From: an uncultured virus (IMG/VR IMGVR_UViG_3300020727_000006)
Lineage: Duplodnaviria > Heunggongvirae > Uroviricota > Caudoviricetes
IMG/VR virus record: IMGVR_UViG_3300020727_000006
DNA length: 64,000 bases
Reading direction: 5' to 3' (one strand)
This document shows, one piece after another, positions 18,270 through 28,407 of the stretch (position 1 is the stretch's first letter; each line of letters starts with the position of its first letter). The notes under the pieces were generated by a model. That model was not told the DNA's origin. It saw only the letters and a list, made by a program, of their open reading frames with translations, and did no database searches. Position numbers and translations under genes: made by a program.

Positions 18270-19274
18270 TTATTCTGCAGTCTTGCGATTGCGAATCATG
18301 CTGAGAATTTCAGCAGCACGAGCATTGCTATCGCCCTTTGGGGCAACAGATACTGGAGCAGATGCCACAGGAGTGTCATCTGTATCAAAAGGAACATCCT
18401 CTTGAACTGCCGCTGGACGACTGTAAGCTACAGTTGGTCGTGCGGCGGGAACAGCAGGAAGGTCATCTGCTGCGTCTGGGTTAGTAAATGCACCAGTAGG
18501 CTTGTAGTACTGACCCCAACGATTCTCATCGTAGGTAGCGCCGTCTACAGATGCCTCAAACATCTCCTTGATGATCTTAAGTTCATCAGGACCAGGCTTC
18601 TTTGGAAGGAAACTCTTAAGGTCATGCAGACCAAAAGATTCAATCGCAGCCAACTCTGTCTGAGACAACCCAGACTCCTTACGCGCCCACTTGCTGGTAG
18701 CATAGTCTGCATACTGACCCTTGCTCGTTTTAGTGATGTTGAAATCCAGACCACGAATATAGTCTGTTGGCAGTTCATCAATGTCTGGGTCTTTCAATGC
18801 AGCAATGATCAATGGATAAATGCTGGGGCTAATAACAAACCGACGAATTGGATTCTCTGGAGTGTTCTCTTCAACCAGTGGGTTATCACGAACGATACCT
18901 TGGAAGATATAAGAACGCTTCTTCCAATACTTACGGCCCATATCTTCAAGGCTCTTGTCCTTGAACCATGTGCGAACCTCGGTAAGAATTGGGCATACCT
19001 CGTCCCACATTTCTACGCAAGGCACTTGAACAACAACAGGCTTGCTGTTCATCTGACCCTTAACACCTGCGAAAGGCAAGCGAATCATTGCTCGTTCGAC
19101 CCAGAAAAAATCATTCTTTTCATCGCCATCAGGCAAGAACCTAATACGCGCTGTTGAATTTTCTGGGATATTCCAATGAGGGTAAACTGCGTTATCACGA
19201 CCGCCGCCGTTACTTCCGCTATTGCGGGTTTCTTGCTGTGCGAGTTTCGCACGGATTTCTGCCAATGAAGCCAT
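18270..19274 (-). CDS. single-stranded DNA-binding protein (gp32-like)
   Basis: IRFLP, CVE....CPI, KYWKKRSY, GLDFNI.K, YATSKW; acidic tail; next to uvsX/uvsY. Confidence 0.85.
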   Translation of the reverse strand: MASLAEIRAKLAQQETRNSGSNGGGRDNAVYPHWNIPENSTARIRFLPDGDEKNDFFWVERAMIRLPFAGVKGQMNSKPVVVQVPCVEMWDEVCPILTEVRTWFKDKSLEDMGRKYWKKRSYIFQGIVRDNPLVEENTPENPIRRFVISPSIYPLIIAALKDPDIDELPTDYIRGLDFNITKTSKGQYADYATSKWARKESGLSQTELAAIESFGLHDLKSFLPKKPGPDELKIIKEMFEASVDGATYDENRWGQYYKPTGAFTNPDAADDLPAVPAARPTVAYSRPAAVQEDVPFDTDDTPVASAPVSVAPKGDSNARAAEILSMIRNRKTAE

Positions 19275-19368
19275 AATGTATTTTCCTTTTTGCCATATGT
19301 GCCAAATACAATGGAGTTATTTCCACTGCATATATCTATTTATACATCGAAGTAAAAGTATTGTCAAT

Positions 19369-20100
19369 TTATTTTTTCGTATTCGCAGAAATAATTTCAT
19401 CACGGGCGCGTCGCGCCATTGTCAATGACTCACTTAATATTATGTGACTGCGCTTATACTGTAGGCTATTATTAGTAATATCGCCACTAACATCTTTAAT
19501 TAATACTGTTTCTGGACGGCTTATGTCAATATCAAATGATTGTGGCAGTGTTTCCCACCATACTGGTACACTATAAAACAATAACATTCCATTATCATAC
19601 CAATCATACCATTCTGCTGCCCATCGCAGGTGAACTTCAAATATGTTGCCGCCCATTGTTTCAAAGTTTACATGTCCACTAAACTCTGGCAACAAATTTT
19701 TCCACAGCAACTCTGCTTCTTCTAAATCGCCATTTACAATAAGCCAGTGTTCAATTACTTTATGATCGTTGCTTAATCGTGCGATAGCTTTTTTACAATA
19801 TACTACTTTGCCGCCTTTAAGCTGAATATCATATGAACAATGTTCGCCAGTAAAGTATGGCATCCAAAAATGGCCTGGTATGTATTCAACATCATCTGCA
19901 CTATCCCATACACAACTTCCAAGTGCCATACCTTCTAAATTTATTATAGGTTTAGAAAATACAGGATATTTTTTAGGAAGGATGCCATGTGGCGCACACT
20001 CATAACCAAGTGCCTGTGATAATAATAGCTTATTGTAAACCCATCGTGCCCATGGATACTGAGGGTATGCTTCTATGTCAGTGAGCAACGGCTTATTCAA
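19369..20100 (-). CDS. ATP-grasp-like protein (start revised to TTG 20100)
   Basis: FSKPIINLEGMALG, MPYFTGEHCSYD, NFE..GG.IFEVHLR; GGAG SD and TTGA overlap. Confidence 0.6.
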   Translation of the reverse strand: MNKPLLTDIEAYPQYPWARWVYNKLLLSQALGYECAPHGILPKKYPVFSKPIINLEGMALGSCVWDSADDVEYIPGHFWMPYFTGEHCSYDIQLKGGKVVYCKKAIARLSNDHKVIEHWLIVNGDLEEAELLWKNLLPEFSGHVNFETMGGNIFEVHLRWAAEWYDWYDNGMLLFYSVPVWWETLPQSFDIDISRPETVLIKDVSGDITNNSLQYKRSHIILSESLTMARRARDEIISANTKK

Positions 20101-20483
20101 AAGGCGTCTCCTTGTCCAGTAGTAACTTGATGCCATTTGTAAAATGGAGAAGGTATTGAAAAGTCCCAATGGTTGATTTTTTCAATCCAGTTGGTGGGCG
20201 GACTTGCTAGATGTAAATATTTAGGCAATATTTGATTGCCATTTACACTGATATTTTGTATTTCAACTGCGCCAGCATTACTCAACGATTGATAACTCAA
20301 ATGTATATCATCTAATAAATCAAAATATAAAGTTGTTACTGGTTCAGTTAATAGGATGTTGTTAACAAAAAATTTAAAACTAGGATCACGATGCAGCGTA
20401 AGTTCTATGTCAATCCGTAGCTTGTTTCTTGTCTCCATAGCCATAATTTCTGAGAAATTCTGTGTATCTTGGAGCATAATCAA
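20097..20483 (-). CDS. hypothetical protein (start uncertain)
   Basis: ORF between radical SAM and ATP-grasp genes. Confidence 0.5.
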   Translation of the reverse strand: MIMLQDTQNFSEIMAMETRNKLRIDIELTLHRDPSFKFFVNNILLTEPVTTLYFDLLDDIHLSYQSLSNAGAVEIQNISVNGNQILPKYLHLASPPTNWIEKINHWDFSIPSPFYKWHQVTTGQGDAF

Positions 20484-21744
20484 TAATCCTATTGTTTCTC
20501 AAATGTTCAAAAGAATTTAAAAATCTAATTAAATTCTTGCGTTCTTGTTCTGCATTATCTGGTATACTATAGTTCAAAATAAAATCATAGTATTCTATAA
20601 TAGTATTTGCTATGTTTTGATCTACCGTTTTATTGCTTCTTGTATTAACTAAATTACTATTTTTAATTAAATTATATTCATCTATGACTGCTTTTAATCG
20701 TTCTACTGTTTCCTGTCTAATATCATCTGGCATTAATTCCATCCGAAGAACACTAGGTCTGTTTAATATATTACAGCTTTCTGCTGATATATTATATTCT
20801 ATCATATACCTAGCAAGTTTATCAAATTCATAAATTGTAAAAATATTAGGCGTTATTCGTAAACTTAAAAATAACCTATTATCTTTTCTCAATGTAGAAA
20901 ATTTATTAATTATTTCAAGAACAGACTCTATTTTACTTGGATATCTAATATAATCATTTAAATTAGTTACGCTTTCTATACTAATTCCTAAATGAAATTG
21001 ACGAAAACTTTTAATATATGTCTCTATCTTTTCATTGTATATTGTAGCATTTGTAGTTGTTCCAACAATAATATCCTTTGCTAAATTTTTTTCTATTAAT
21101 TTATCGCATATTGCATAGAAAGCTGCATCATATAGCGTCTCTCCACCCAAGAAATGTATATAATTTAACTTGGGGATTTGTCCAATCTCTTCAACAAATT
21201 TATCAATCAATTCAGGATTTTTGGTCCAACTTTGACTATTGACAGGAAATTCAAATAAATCATCGGCCAATGAGTTTAGTTTAATATAATCTTTTTCAAG
21301 ACGACTGCTATACATTGGAGAACACATAATGCAAGCACTGTTACAAATGTTTCCTAAATCTATTTGCAAATCTACTGGATAGTAATCAGATTTTCCTGCA
21401 TTTTCCCAACTATATTTGAAATGTTTATAATGCGGACTAGCTCGCATTTTTAAATCAAAATCTGCTTCGGTAACCGCACTTTTTAATAATTGCTTGCGTC
21501 TGCCACTTAGTTTGTTATGTTTGTCTTCGTATTGGCAACTAGCACAAATAGAAGGAGTTTTTCCATCCAATAATTCACTGCGAAGTTCTGACATTTCAGA
21601 ACCATTATAGAACTCTTGTAAACTGATTTGGTTTATATTTTGGCTAACATTTTTATTAGCTGCCCATCGACATGTATTATAATTTCCATTGGGCAGAACT
21701 CTTAAATGAATCCACGGACTTGAACAGAATGTATTTGAAAGCAT
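20410..21744 (-). CDS. radical SAM protein with N-terminal twitch/SPASM-like Cys
   Basis: CNSACIMC, FLGGETL, TTNAT, ISIES; FCSSPW..., C..C. Confidence 0.85.
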   Translation of the reverse strand: MLSNTFCSSPWIHLRVLPNGNYNTCRWAANKNVSQNINQISLQEFYNGSEMSELRSELLDGKTPSICASCQYEDKHNKLSGRRKQLLKSAVTEADFDLKMRASPHYKHFKYSWENAGKSDYYPVDLQIDLGNICNSACIMCSPMYSSRLEKDYIKLNSLADDLFEFPVNSQSWTKNPELIDKFVEEIGQIPKLNYIHFLGGETLYDAAFYAICDKLIEKNLAKDIIVGTTTNATIYNEKIETYIKSFRQFHLGISIESVTNLNDYIRYPSKIESVLEIINKFSTLRKDNRLFLSLRITPNIFTIYEFDKLARYMIEYNISAESCNILNRPSVLRMELMPDDIRQETVERLKAVIDEYNLIKNSNLVNTRSNKTVDQNIANTIIEYYDFILNYSIPDNAEQERKNLIRFLNSFEHLRNNRIIDYAPRYTEFLRNYGYGDKKQATD

Positions 21745-21779
21745 AACCTATTTAATTAGGCAATGCTTTCAAATAATTA

Positions 21780-22013
21780 TTATGCAGTTCTTCTAATTTT
21801 ATCTAAAAATAAGATAACAGAATACAAGTTCTCAACAACATCATTAGCAAGTTCAGCAGTATATTCGCGTGATAACTGTTGATTTTTTGCCATTTGTCTT
21901 AAACTTGAAAGGGTATTGATGGCATCATCAATGCTATTAACATTTGCTTCGTTTATTGTTTGTGATTCAACTAAACCACTGAGTCTTTTGATATCTGCTA
22001 TTGCGTCATTCAT
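21780..22013 (-). CDS. small putative head protein (start revised to MNDAIADIKRLSGL)
   Basis: ATGA overlap with upstream gene; LVE/INE sites. Confidence 0.6.
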   Translation of the reverse strand: MNDAIADIKRLSGLVESQTINEANVNSIDDAINTLSSLRQMAKNQQLSREYTAELANDVVENLYSVILFLDKIRRTA

Positions 22014-24721
22014 TTGTTTATAATTCCTGCTACTGCTTGTAACCATTTTAGATCGGCAGGGGTTGTACGGCTTTCTCTAACTGATTCGTTCTTCTTGCCG
22101 AAATATTTTTCTTGTTTAGCACTCATGCCTTTCTTTTCCGACTTGTCATCATCGTCCTTGTCAGCATTGTCATCTTTGCCTGGCTTCTTATCTGCCCAAT
22201 CTGGAACGCCATCACCATCGGCATCTGGCTTCTTCTTGGTTGCTGCTTCGGCAGTATATTCTACATCGTTGTCTTTCATATAGTCACGAGCAGTGTCTAG
22301 ATAATCAACAGCCTTTGTAATTTTAGCCTGAACCCATTCTGGTAGGTTTTCATCATCATCTAGAATTGAACGGAGTTCATCTGCTGCATCTTTTGCAGTC
22401 TTCAAATCGCTCTTAGCCATACGACCTTCTTGATCATATTCTGCCTTGTCATCACTACTTGGCTCACCACCTTCATGCTCTGCATGTTCTTCATCATGGC
22501 TTTCACCAGCTTCGTGTTCTTCACTTTCTTCTTCTTGAGCATAGATGTAGTTTTCCATCAAAGGCAAACCTGCCAACTTTCTCATTTCTTCAATATCTTT
22601 TTTCATTGGGGTTTCCTTTGTTTTTTCTTTTTTTTCTTCTTTAACTGGGTAAGTTTTGCCATCTACTTCAAATTCTTTCTTACCAGCAGCTTTTGCCTTT
22701 GCAAGATTGCCACTGAACTCGTTGCCTTCATTTGGCTCTTCGCTTAGTTCATCTTCTTTGTAAGCTTGTTTTACATTTTTAGCAGTGGCAGCTATATCTT
22801 TGCCTGCGCCCTTTAATGCAGCGAAAGCTCCTTTAGCAGTACCTTTAGCAATATCGCCAGCGCCTTTAAGAGCGCCTGTTACTACTTTACCAGCAGCATT
22901 TGCGATACCAGTGCCTACGCCACCAGCAAGTCTACCAACTGCCTTTGCTGGAACTTTTACTGCGCCTTTGCCTAGTTCCCATGCAGCCTTGCCAATTCCT
23001 TCTTCAATGCCTTCGTCATGCATACCATTAAAATTATCATGCGCTGCTGTATGAAGTAAGTCACCGTTTTCACTACCCAATTGCTCAAGTTCTTGATCGC
23101 TCATTGGAGTGCCATCTGTAAATTGACCAGCACTAAAATAAGCATCAACAAAATCTGGATAATCTTCTGGGTATGGATTTTCAACTTCTAGTGAATGAAT
23201 ATCAACTGGCTTGCCATTTACAGTAACTTCATAATCTGGCTCAGCACTCATTGGACCTTCACTGCTTGCGCCGTGATCTTCTTCACCAATACGCATAATG
23301 CTTTCTTCAAAATCATCGGCTTCATCGCTCACTGGACCTTTCATAGTCTTGCGAGAAATTGGGTCTTGACGAACTTCTGCTTCGTATTCAGGATTATCAC
23401 GAATTGCGTTTAAATCTTTCATATATTTTTGAGCAAGAACGATAGCTAGCTTCTTATCTTTAATATACTCTGGCTCGCGCTTTTGACCAAATGCTTCGCC
23501 TTCACTGCTAATAAGATCGCCCATCAATGCAGCAAAATTAGCAACATCATCGCCATCTTGTGTGATGAGGCGGTTTGCAATATCACCTAGGATAGTAGTT
23601 AATAGCGCAGTAGTATCGGTATATTTACGGCTGCTCATTAGCTTATCAAGACCTGCATCTTTCTTAAGAACTAACTTAAAGTTAGGGTCCATAATTTTCT
23701 TTTCAACAGCACCAGCGGCTTCGTCAATAGTTGCATTTTCTTTTAACTTGCGATATGCGCCAGCAGCACTTGCTAGATAATTGTCTAGATTTTCATTATA
23801 TGTTTGTTGTGTAAACCAGCCCTTAACTTCACTTAAATCTTCTGTGTTTTCACTAATAAGATCACTAAGTGCCTCTAAACTTTCACTGAATGAACGACTA
23901 TTGTTAGTTAGACGATTCAAATGGCGCTTAATGCTTTCTTTCATTTGCTGTGCAGCAGTAATAACTGCGGTTGCTTCTGCTGCTTCAAATGTGCGGGTAC
24001 GAGTAACACTAGTGAAACGGCTTAGGTTCTTCATTTCACTAACCGCACGAGAAATAATCTGTCCGTGTGGATCGTATGGGTTACCACCACGAGATACATG
24101 GTTTGCCATTGCCTTAGCACCACCAACGCTCTTAAATGGAAGGAGGAACTTTTCACCATTTTCATTTACTAGATAAATTCTATCTACCTTAAGCAAACGA
24201 TTATTGGTATTTTCCAACATCTTTTCATTGTGGACAACATTAATACGAACATTATTAAGTGTTCCTTCGCTGAATTTTCCACGGCGTTGCCATAATACAC
24301 GGCTTTCTTCTAATGATTCTTTCATTTTTTTCTTCTCTGGGTTAAGTTTGGTCATGTATTGCAAGTCTTGTCTGCTAAGAGTATCTTTTGTAATGTCGCG
24401 AACATCAAAATTAAGCATATGACTTTTTGCCATACGACGCAATTCTCTAAGAAATCTGTACCAATAGTTCTTATCTGCAGGTATCATTCTATCTGTAATA
24501 GCGGTATCAAAGAATACTTTAAGACTACTACCATCAATTAAACTACAGGTAATTCTACCATAAGGGCGTTGACTTTCTTTATCCACATACTCAAAATTAA
24601 AAAAACGAGCTTTTTCTGGATCAACTGTGTCTGACCCAGAATCATTGCCCATATTAATTTTTGGAAAACGATTTCTCAATTTAAAGAAAAGGTCTTCTGC
24701 AGCTTGATCTATATTGCTCAT
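22010..24721 (-). CDS. large acidic prohead core/internal head protein (modular)
   Basis: 903 aa, late promoter, next to TerL; many (L/I/V)-x-E sites; E/D/K-rich. Confidence 0.65.
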   Translation of the reverse strand: MSNIDQAAEDLFFKLRNRFPKINMGNDSGSDTVDPEKARFFNFEYVDKESQRPYGRITCSLIDGSSLKVFFDTAITDRMIPADKNYWYRFLRELRRMAKSHMLNFDVRDITKDTLSRQDLQYMTKLNPEKKKMKESLEESRVLWQRRGKFSEGTLNNVRINVVHNEKMLENTNNRLLKVDRIYLVNENGEKFLLPFKSVGGAKAMANHVSRGGNPYDPHGQIISRAVSEMKNLSRFTSVTRTRTFEAAEATAVITAAQQMKESIKRHLNRLTNNSRSFSESLEALSDLISENTEDLSEVKGWFTQQTYNENLDNYLASAAGAYRKLKENATIDEAAGAVEKKIMDPNFKLVLKKDAGLDKLMSSRKYTDTTALLTTILGDIANRLITQDGDDVANFAALMGDLISSEGEAFGQKREPEYIKDKKLAIVLAQKYMKDLNAIRDNPEYEAEVRQDPISRKTMKGPVSDEADDFEESIMRIGEEDHGASSEGPMSAEPDYEVTVNGKPVDIHSLEVENPYPEDYPDFVDAYFSAGQFTDGTPMSDQELEQLGSENGDLLHTAAHDNFNGMHDEGIEEGIGKAAWELGKGAVKVPAKAVGRLAGGVGTGIANAAGKVVTGALKGAGDIAKGTAKGAFAALKGAGKDIAATAKNVKQAYKEDELSEEPNEGNEFSGNLAKAKAAGKKEFEVDGKTYPVKEEKKEKTKETPMKKDIEEMRKLAGLPLMENYIYAQEEESEEHEAGESHDEEHAEHEGGEPSSDDKAEYDQEGRMAKSDLKTAKDAADELRSILDDDENLPEWVQAKITKAVDYLDTARDYMKDNDVEYTAEAATKKKPDADGDGVPDWADKKPGKDDNADKDDDDKSEKKGMSAKQEKYFGKKNESVRESRTTPADLKWLQAVAGIINK

Positions 24722-24737
24722 GAAATTATTTATCCAA

Positions 24738-26303
24738 TTATAGCATTACAAATGGCATTGGAGGAATGATGTCTGCTGCATCCATTGCCAATCCACTGCT
24801 TATTCTAGAGTCGTACACACGAAGATGCAGTATCATTCTTATTGCCAATAAGGTAGCAGAAACCAAATCGTCAGTTTCTCCAACTTTAGCTTGATAGCTA
24901 ACACCATGTGCCACATATGTTTTCAATTCACTTATTAAACTTTTGCTACGAAGTTTAAGTTTACCTGTTTCTAACCAAAGTTTAAATTTACTGCAAGCAG
25001 CAATCTTACTCTTTGGTGTTGTATTAAATCCTTTGCGATATCTACGACCACTGCTAGCGCCAGATGGTTCTGTTAGAAAGCTTCCTGGTATATTTTCTTC
25101 ACCTATGTCTGCTACTGCATTAAGTGCAGCTTCACCAATAGTATTATTTTCTATGCTATAATAGATATTACCAGAGTCATTTGTAGTATCTCTGATATAC
25201 TTGCATATTTCTGCCATGATAAGCACTTGTTTTTGTATAATAGTAAGATTATGCTGCCATTCTGCAACTTGTTCCATTGTGGTAGCATCAAATACCTGAA
25301 TAGCAGCAGGGTCTCCACCTGTACCAAGACTTGGATCAAGTGATATAATATACACATGATCGCGCTTTGGTTTTTCATACCAACGAACTTGTCCTTGTTT
25401 TTCGATTGGGTCTACACCATTTAAGTCTACGAGTATACCTGGCGCAATAAGAGTTTCATCATAGATAACAAACTCACAATTATGTTCACGACGGAAGCGG
25501 TCTATACCAACGCTAGATGTTTCACGGTCTGCCCAATCTTGGTCGCGTTCTGGATGACGATCCCATGTTGCTAAGAACGCGCTAAATCCATTGCGTCCTA
25601 GTTTTGTTTCATTGCCAAATGCATCAAATTTCTTATTTGCTTCTTTCCAAATTTCAGCAAATTGGTCTTCATCACTGTTTGGTGTAGAAGTGATGATTGC
25701 TTTACCACCAGTTGATAGGGTAGGACTAATAGATGTCCAGAACTCTTTTGCAATAGTGGGACGAACGAACGCTAACTCATCACAGTATAGCAGTGAAATA
25801 CTCATACCACGACCAGTAGTTTCGGTAGTTGTTGCACTTACTATGCGTGAACCATTATCAAATCCAAGCGAACCCTTATTATAGTCAACTACGCCAGCAC
25901 GAATATGGTCTGGACAATTCTCATAGGCAAATCTAATGCGTTGCATAATATCTTGTGCACCAGTATATTTGTTGCTTGCCACAAGAATAGTGCTATCTGG
26001 AACAAACATAGCATACCATAACAGATAACCCGCCGCTAGTGTGGATTTACCCATTTGGCGACCTAACATGTTAATACTAAATCGGTTTTCGTGATAGTTT
26101 TTTAGTAATTCTTCTTGATAATCAAATGGATTAAGTTTTAATCTTCCACGGGTAGGATGCTGAATGTAAAAGAAATTTTTAATAAAATATTCTGGTCCCG
26201 TGTCAGGGTCTGCACACAAACTAAATTCTATTAACTCTTGCTGCGTAATTTGCATTCTTATATGCGGCTTGCGTATAAGATTATTTTCTATTGGTTTTGC
26301 CAT
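24738..26303 (-). CDS. terL: terminase large subunit (gp17-like)
   Basis: GRQMGKS, LLYCDE, ITSTPN, FRREH, LDPSLGTGGD, DDLV. Confidence 0.95.
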   Translation of the reverse strand: MAKPIENNLIRKPHIRMQITQQELIEFSLCADPDTGPEYFIKNFFYIQHPTRGRLKLNPFDYQEELLKNYHENRFSINMLGRQMGKSTLAAGYLLWYAMFVPDSTILVASNKYTGAQDIMQRIRFAYENCPDHIRAGVVDYNKGSLGFDNGSRIVSATTTETTGRGMSISLLYCDELAFVRPTIAKEFWTSISPTLSTGGKAIITSTPNSDEDQFAEIWKEANKKFDAFGNETKLGRNGFSAFLATWDRHPERDQDWADRETSSVGIDRFRREHNCEFVIYDETLIAPGILVDLNGVDPIEKQGQVRWYEKPKRDHVYIISLDPSLGTGGDPAAIQVFDATTMEQVAEWQHNLTIIQKQVLIMAEICKYIRDTTNDSGNIYYSIENNTIGEAALNAVADIGEENIPGSFLTEPSGASSGRRYRKGFNTTPKSKIAACSKFKLWLETGKLKLRSKSLISELKTYVAHGVSYQAKVGETDDLVSATLLAIRMILHLRVYDSRISSGLAMDAADIIPPMPFVML

Positions 26304-26876
26304 TTATATTACCAGTTTTCCTATCTTACTTACTATTCTTTCATATATTATATTATTTCCTGCATCCGATAAATGGTTGCATTTTCCGCGATAGCGGTCG
26401 ATTATATCGCTCCAGTCATCAAAATCAGTAATAGTAATAGTTGGTATTGTTAAAAGATATTCTATTTTTTCACGAAATAACTTATATGCAGTTTCTTGAT
26501 ATTCTTCATCATAGTGATATGCAAAAAACCAATAAGCAGTTTGAAGCGATAAATTTGATTTATTTTTTGACTTTAAATTATGATGTTCAATATCGCTGTA
26601 AATTAAATCACAGTTACCATGTAAAATATCATCGCTATGTATAGGATGTTTTCTAGTAACTAACCGATATGGACTAGTATGCGCCACTATTGCCAAATCA
26701 TAATCTATTACATTCACACTGCATAACTGCTTGTATATCTTATATTCACTTACTCCAGCCTGTGCTAGATTCGTTACATCATATTTTTTAGATAACAAAT
26801 TTGGCCAACCCTGTAAATCAGGATATTTAACAGCCCAATCTGCAGCAAAACTATCACCAATGATTAGAATTTTCAT
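26304..26876 (-). CDS. SGNH/GDSL hydrolase-like protein
   Basis: IIGDSF, NLAQAGVS, NHLS..GN. Confidence 0.7.
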   Translation of the reverse strand: MKILIIGDSFAADWAVKYPDLQGWPNLLSKKYDVTNLAQAGVSEYKIYKQLCSVNVIDYDLAIVAHTSPYRLVTRKHPIHSDDILHGNCDLIYSDIEHHNLKSKNKSNLSLQTAYWFFAYHYDEEYQETAYKLFREKIEYLLTIPTITITDFDDWSDIIDRYRGKCNHLSDAGNNIIYERIVSKIGKLVI

Positions 26877-26948
26877 TAAAATACTTATTGACATAATTTG
26901 TATGTGTAGTATTATTAAATTGTCATAAACCAGAAGTAAATAAGTTAT

Positions 26949-27458
26949 ATGTCAGACACACTGATTCTAAACGCTAACTATCAACCACTTTCATGGCTTC
27001 CGCTAAGCGTAATTCCATGGCAGCAAAGCGTCAAGCTCCATTTCATGGATCGTATTAAGATTCTTGAATATTATGATGATTGGGAAATTCATAGTCCTTC
27101 CGTGACTATGTTTGTACCTGCGCTTGCCATAACTAAAGATTATCATAGCTTTACCAAAGGTGTGCGTTTTAGTCGTCAAAACCTGTACTTGCGTGATTTG
27201 TTTCAATGTCAGTATTGTGCTGAAACATTTGAGCCGCATGAATTAAATATTGACCATGTAAAGCCATTGAGCAAGGGCGGCACGACTAATTGGGAAAATT
27301 GCGTAACAAGCTGCGTTCCATGTAATAGTCGCAAGGGCAATATGTTTAAGCGACCGCTTCGTGAACCATTTAGACCAGATTACTGGACTCTAACTGCTCG
27401 CCGTAAGCAATTTCATTATGATATGAAGCATCCTAGCTGGCGCGATTATATTAACTAG
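26949..27458 (+). CDS. HNH endonuclease
   Basis: LNANYQPL, RD.FQCQYC, DHVKPLSKGG, WEN.VTSC..CN..K. Confidence 0.9.
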   Translation: MSDTLILNANYQPLSWLPLSVIPWQQSVKLHFMDRIKILEYYDDWEIHSPSVTMFVPALAITKDYHSFTKGVRFSRQNLYLRDLFQCQYCAETFEPHELNIDHVKPLSKGGTTNWENCVTSCVPCNSRKGNMFKRPLREPFRPDYWTLTARRKQFHYDMKHPSWRDYIN

Positions 27459-27843
27459 AACGACGAGTAGGCACAAACTTAGCAACTGGGCTAACACGAT
27501 TTACAGCAGGATTTTCATCTGTATTTTTATATGGACTAATACTTTTTGCTGCCATTCCAGTTGCTTTACTTGCAGCCAACATTGTTTCCATTCCGCCGTC
27601 ACTATATGGCATAATAATTAGTTTATCACCAAGGTTTGTTTGGTCATCATAAGCATCTGGCTGTGGATCAGGTGCACGAGCCATCATGATTCCATAGCGA
27701 TACATTTGATAGAAATTATAACTGGCGTCAGGAATTGCATAAGCGCCAGCCATGGCGCGTTGTTCATAATCTGCATGTTCACCAGAACGATCTTGTTCGT
27801 GTTCATCGGCTATTTGTTCGGAAACAAATTCTTTGGCTCTCAT
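27451..27843 (-). CDS. putative internal head protein, MRAxEFV paralog 3
   Basis: Start MRAKEFVSE at 27843 (ATGA overlap); shared YR(F/Y)...N..SPV motifs. Confidence 0.7.
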   Translation of the reverse strand: MRAKEFVSEQIADEHEQDRSGEHADYEQRAMAGAYAIPDASYNFYQMYRYGIMMARAPDPQPDAYDDQTNLGDKLIIMPYSDGGMETMLAASKATGMAAKSISPYKNTDENPAVNRVSPVAKFVPTRRSS

Positions 27844-28037
27844 ACTGGTTTTTCTCCTGTCAAATAAGGAAGACTGAACCATAACTGAAACCATTCCTGA
27901 GTGCCAGGTTGGATATTATGTTTCTTTTCCAATTCTCGCTTTTCTGTGCCAGTCAAACTAATATTGATGCCTTCATTTTCAGTAAAGGTATGCTTCTTAA
28001 CACCAGCAAGAACTTTGAGTTGAGTAATATTATCCAT
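27840..28037 (-). CDS. small virion-associated protein with LAG motif
   Basis: LKVLAGV; NIQPGTQEWFQLWF. Confidence 0.65.
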   Translation of the reverse strand: MDNITQLKVLAGVKKHTFTENEGINISLTGTEKRELEKKHNIQPGTQEWFQLWFSLPYLTGEKPV

Positions 28038-28407
28038 TCTTCTTTCTCATTTTACCACTATTTTGAGGAACTGGACTCTTTTGATTTACATAACTTGGTT
28101 CGTCACTGCCATCTGGTGTCAAACGAACACGAGGTGTATTAAAGTGTGCAGCAGTTTTTGCCAGTATTTCTTCTTCTGCTGGTGTATAACTAATTGTTAC
28201 CATTTTAAGACCAGTTGGACCATTTTGATCCATCTTTTCCTCTGGCATACCAGCAAGAGCAACACCAAAGCGATATGCCTTGTAACCACTACTGTTGTCT
28301 AGCTCAGGGTAAACAAACGCATTAGGAATAGTAGTAAGAGCCTGTTGACTCATTCCTTTGGCACCAGCATAATCTGCTGCTTCATTTACAAATTCATGTG
28401 CTCTCAT
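28030..28407 (-). CDS. putative internal head protein, MRAxEFV paralog 2
   Basis: MRAHEFVNEA; YRF...AG.P; YT..EE; N.KSPV. Confidence 0.7.
   Translation of the reverse strand: MRAHEFVNEAADYAGAKGMSQQALTTIPNAFVYPELDNSSGYKAYRFGVALAGMPEEKMDQNGPTGLKMVTISYTPAEEEILAKTAAHFNTPRVRLTPDGSDEPSYVNQKSPVPQNSGKMRKKNG

Noticed and set aside
18240..19157. 305-aa plus-strand ORF and similar antisense ORFs in the track
   Set aside because: Shadows of well-supported genes, with no motifs or RBS
24738..26303. Intron or intein in terL (also checked uvsX and uvsW)
   Set aside because: Normal lengths and contiguous motifs
26949..27458. HNH gene as an intron-borne or packaging nuclease
   Set aside because: Free-standing, opposite strand, no flanking intron structure seen; role cannot be determined
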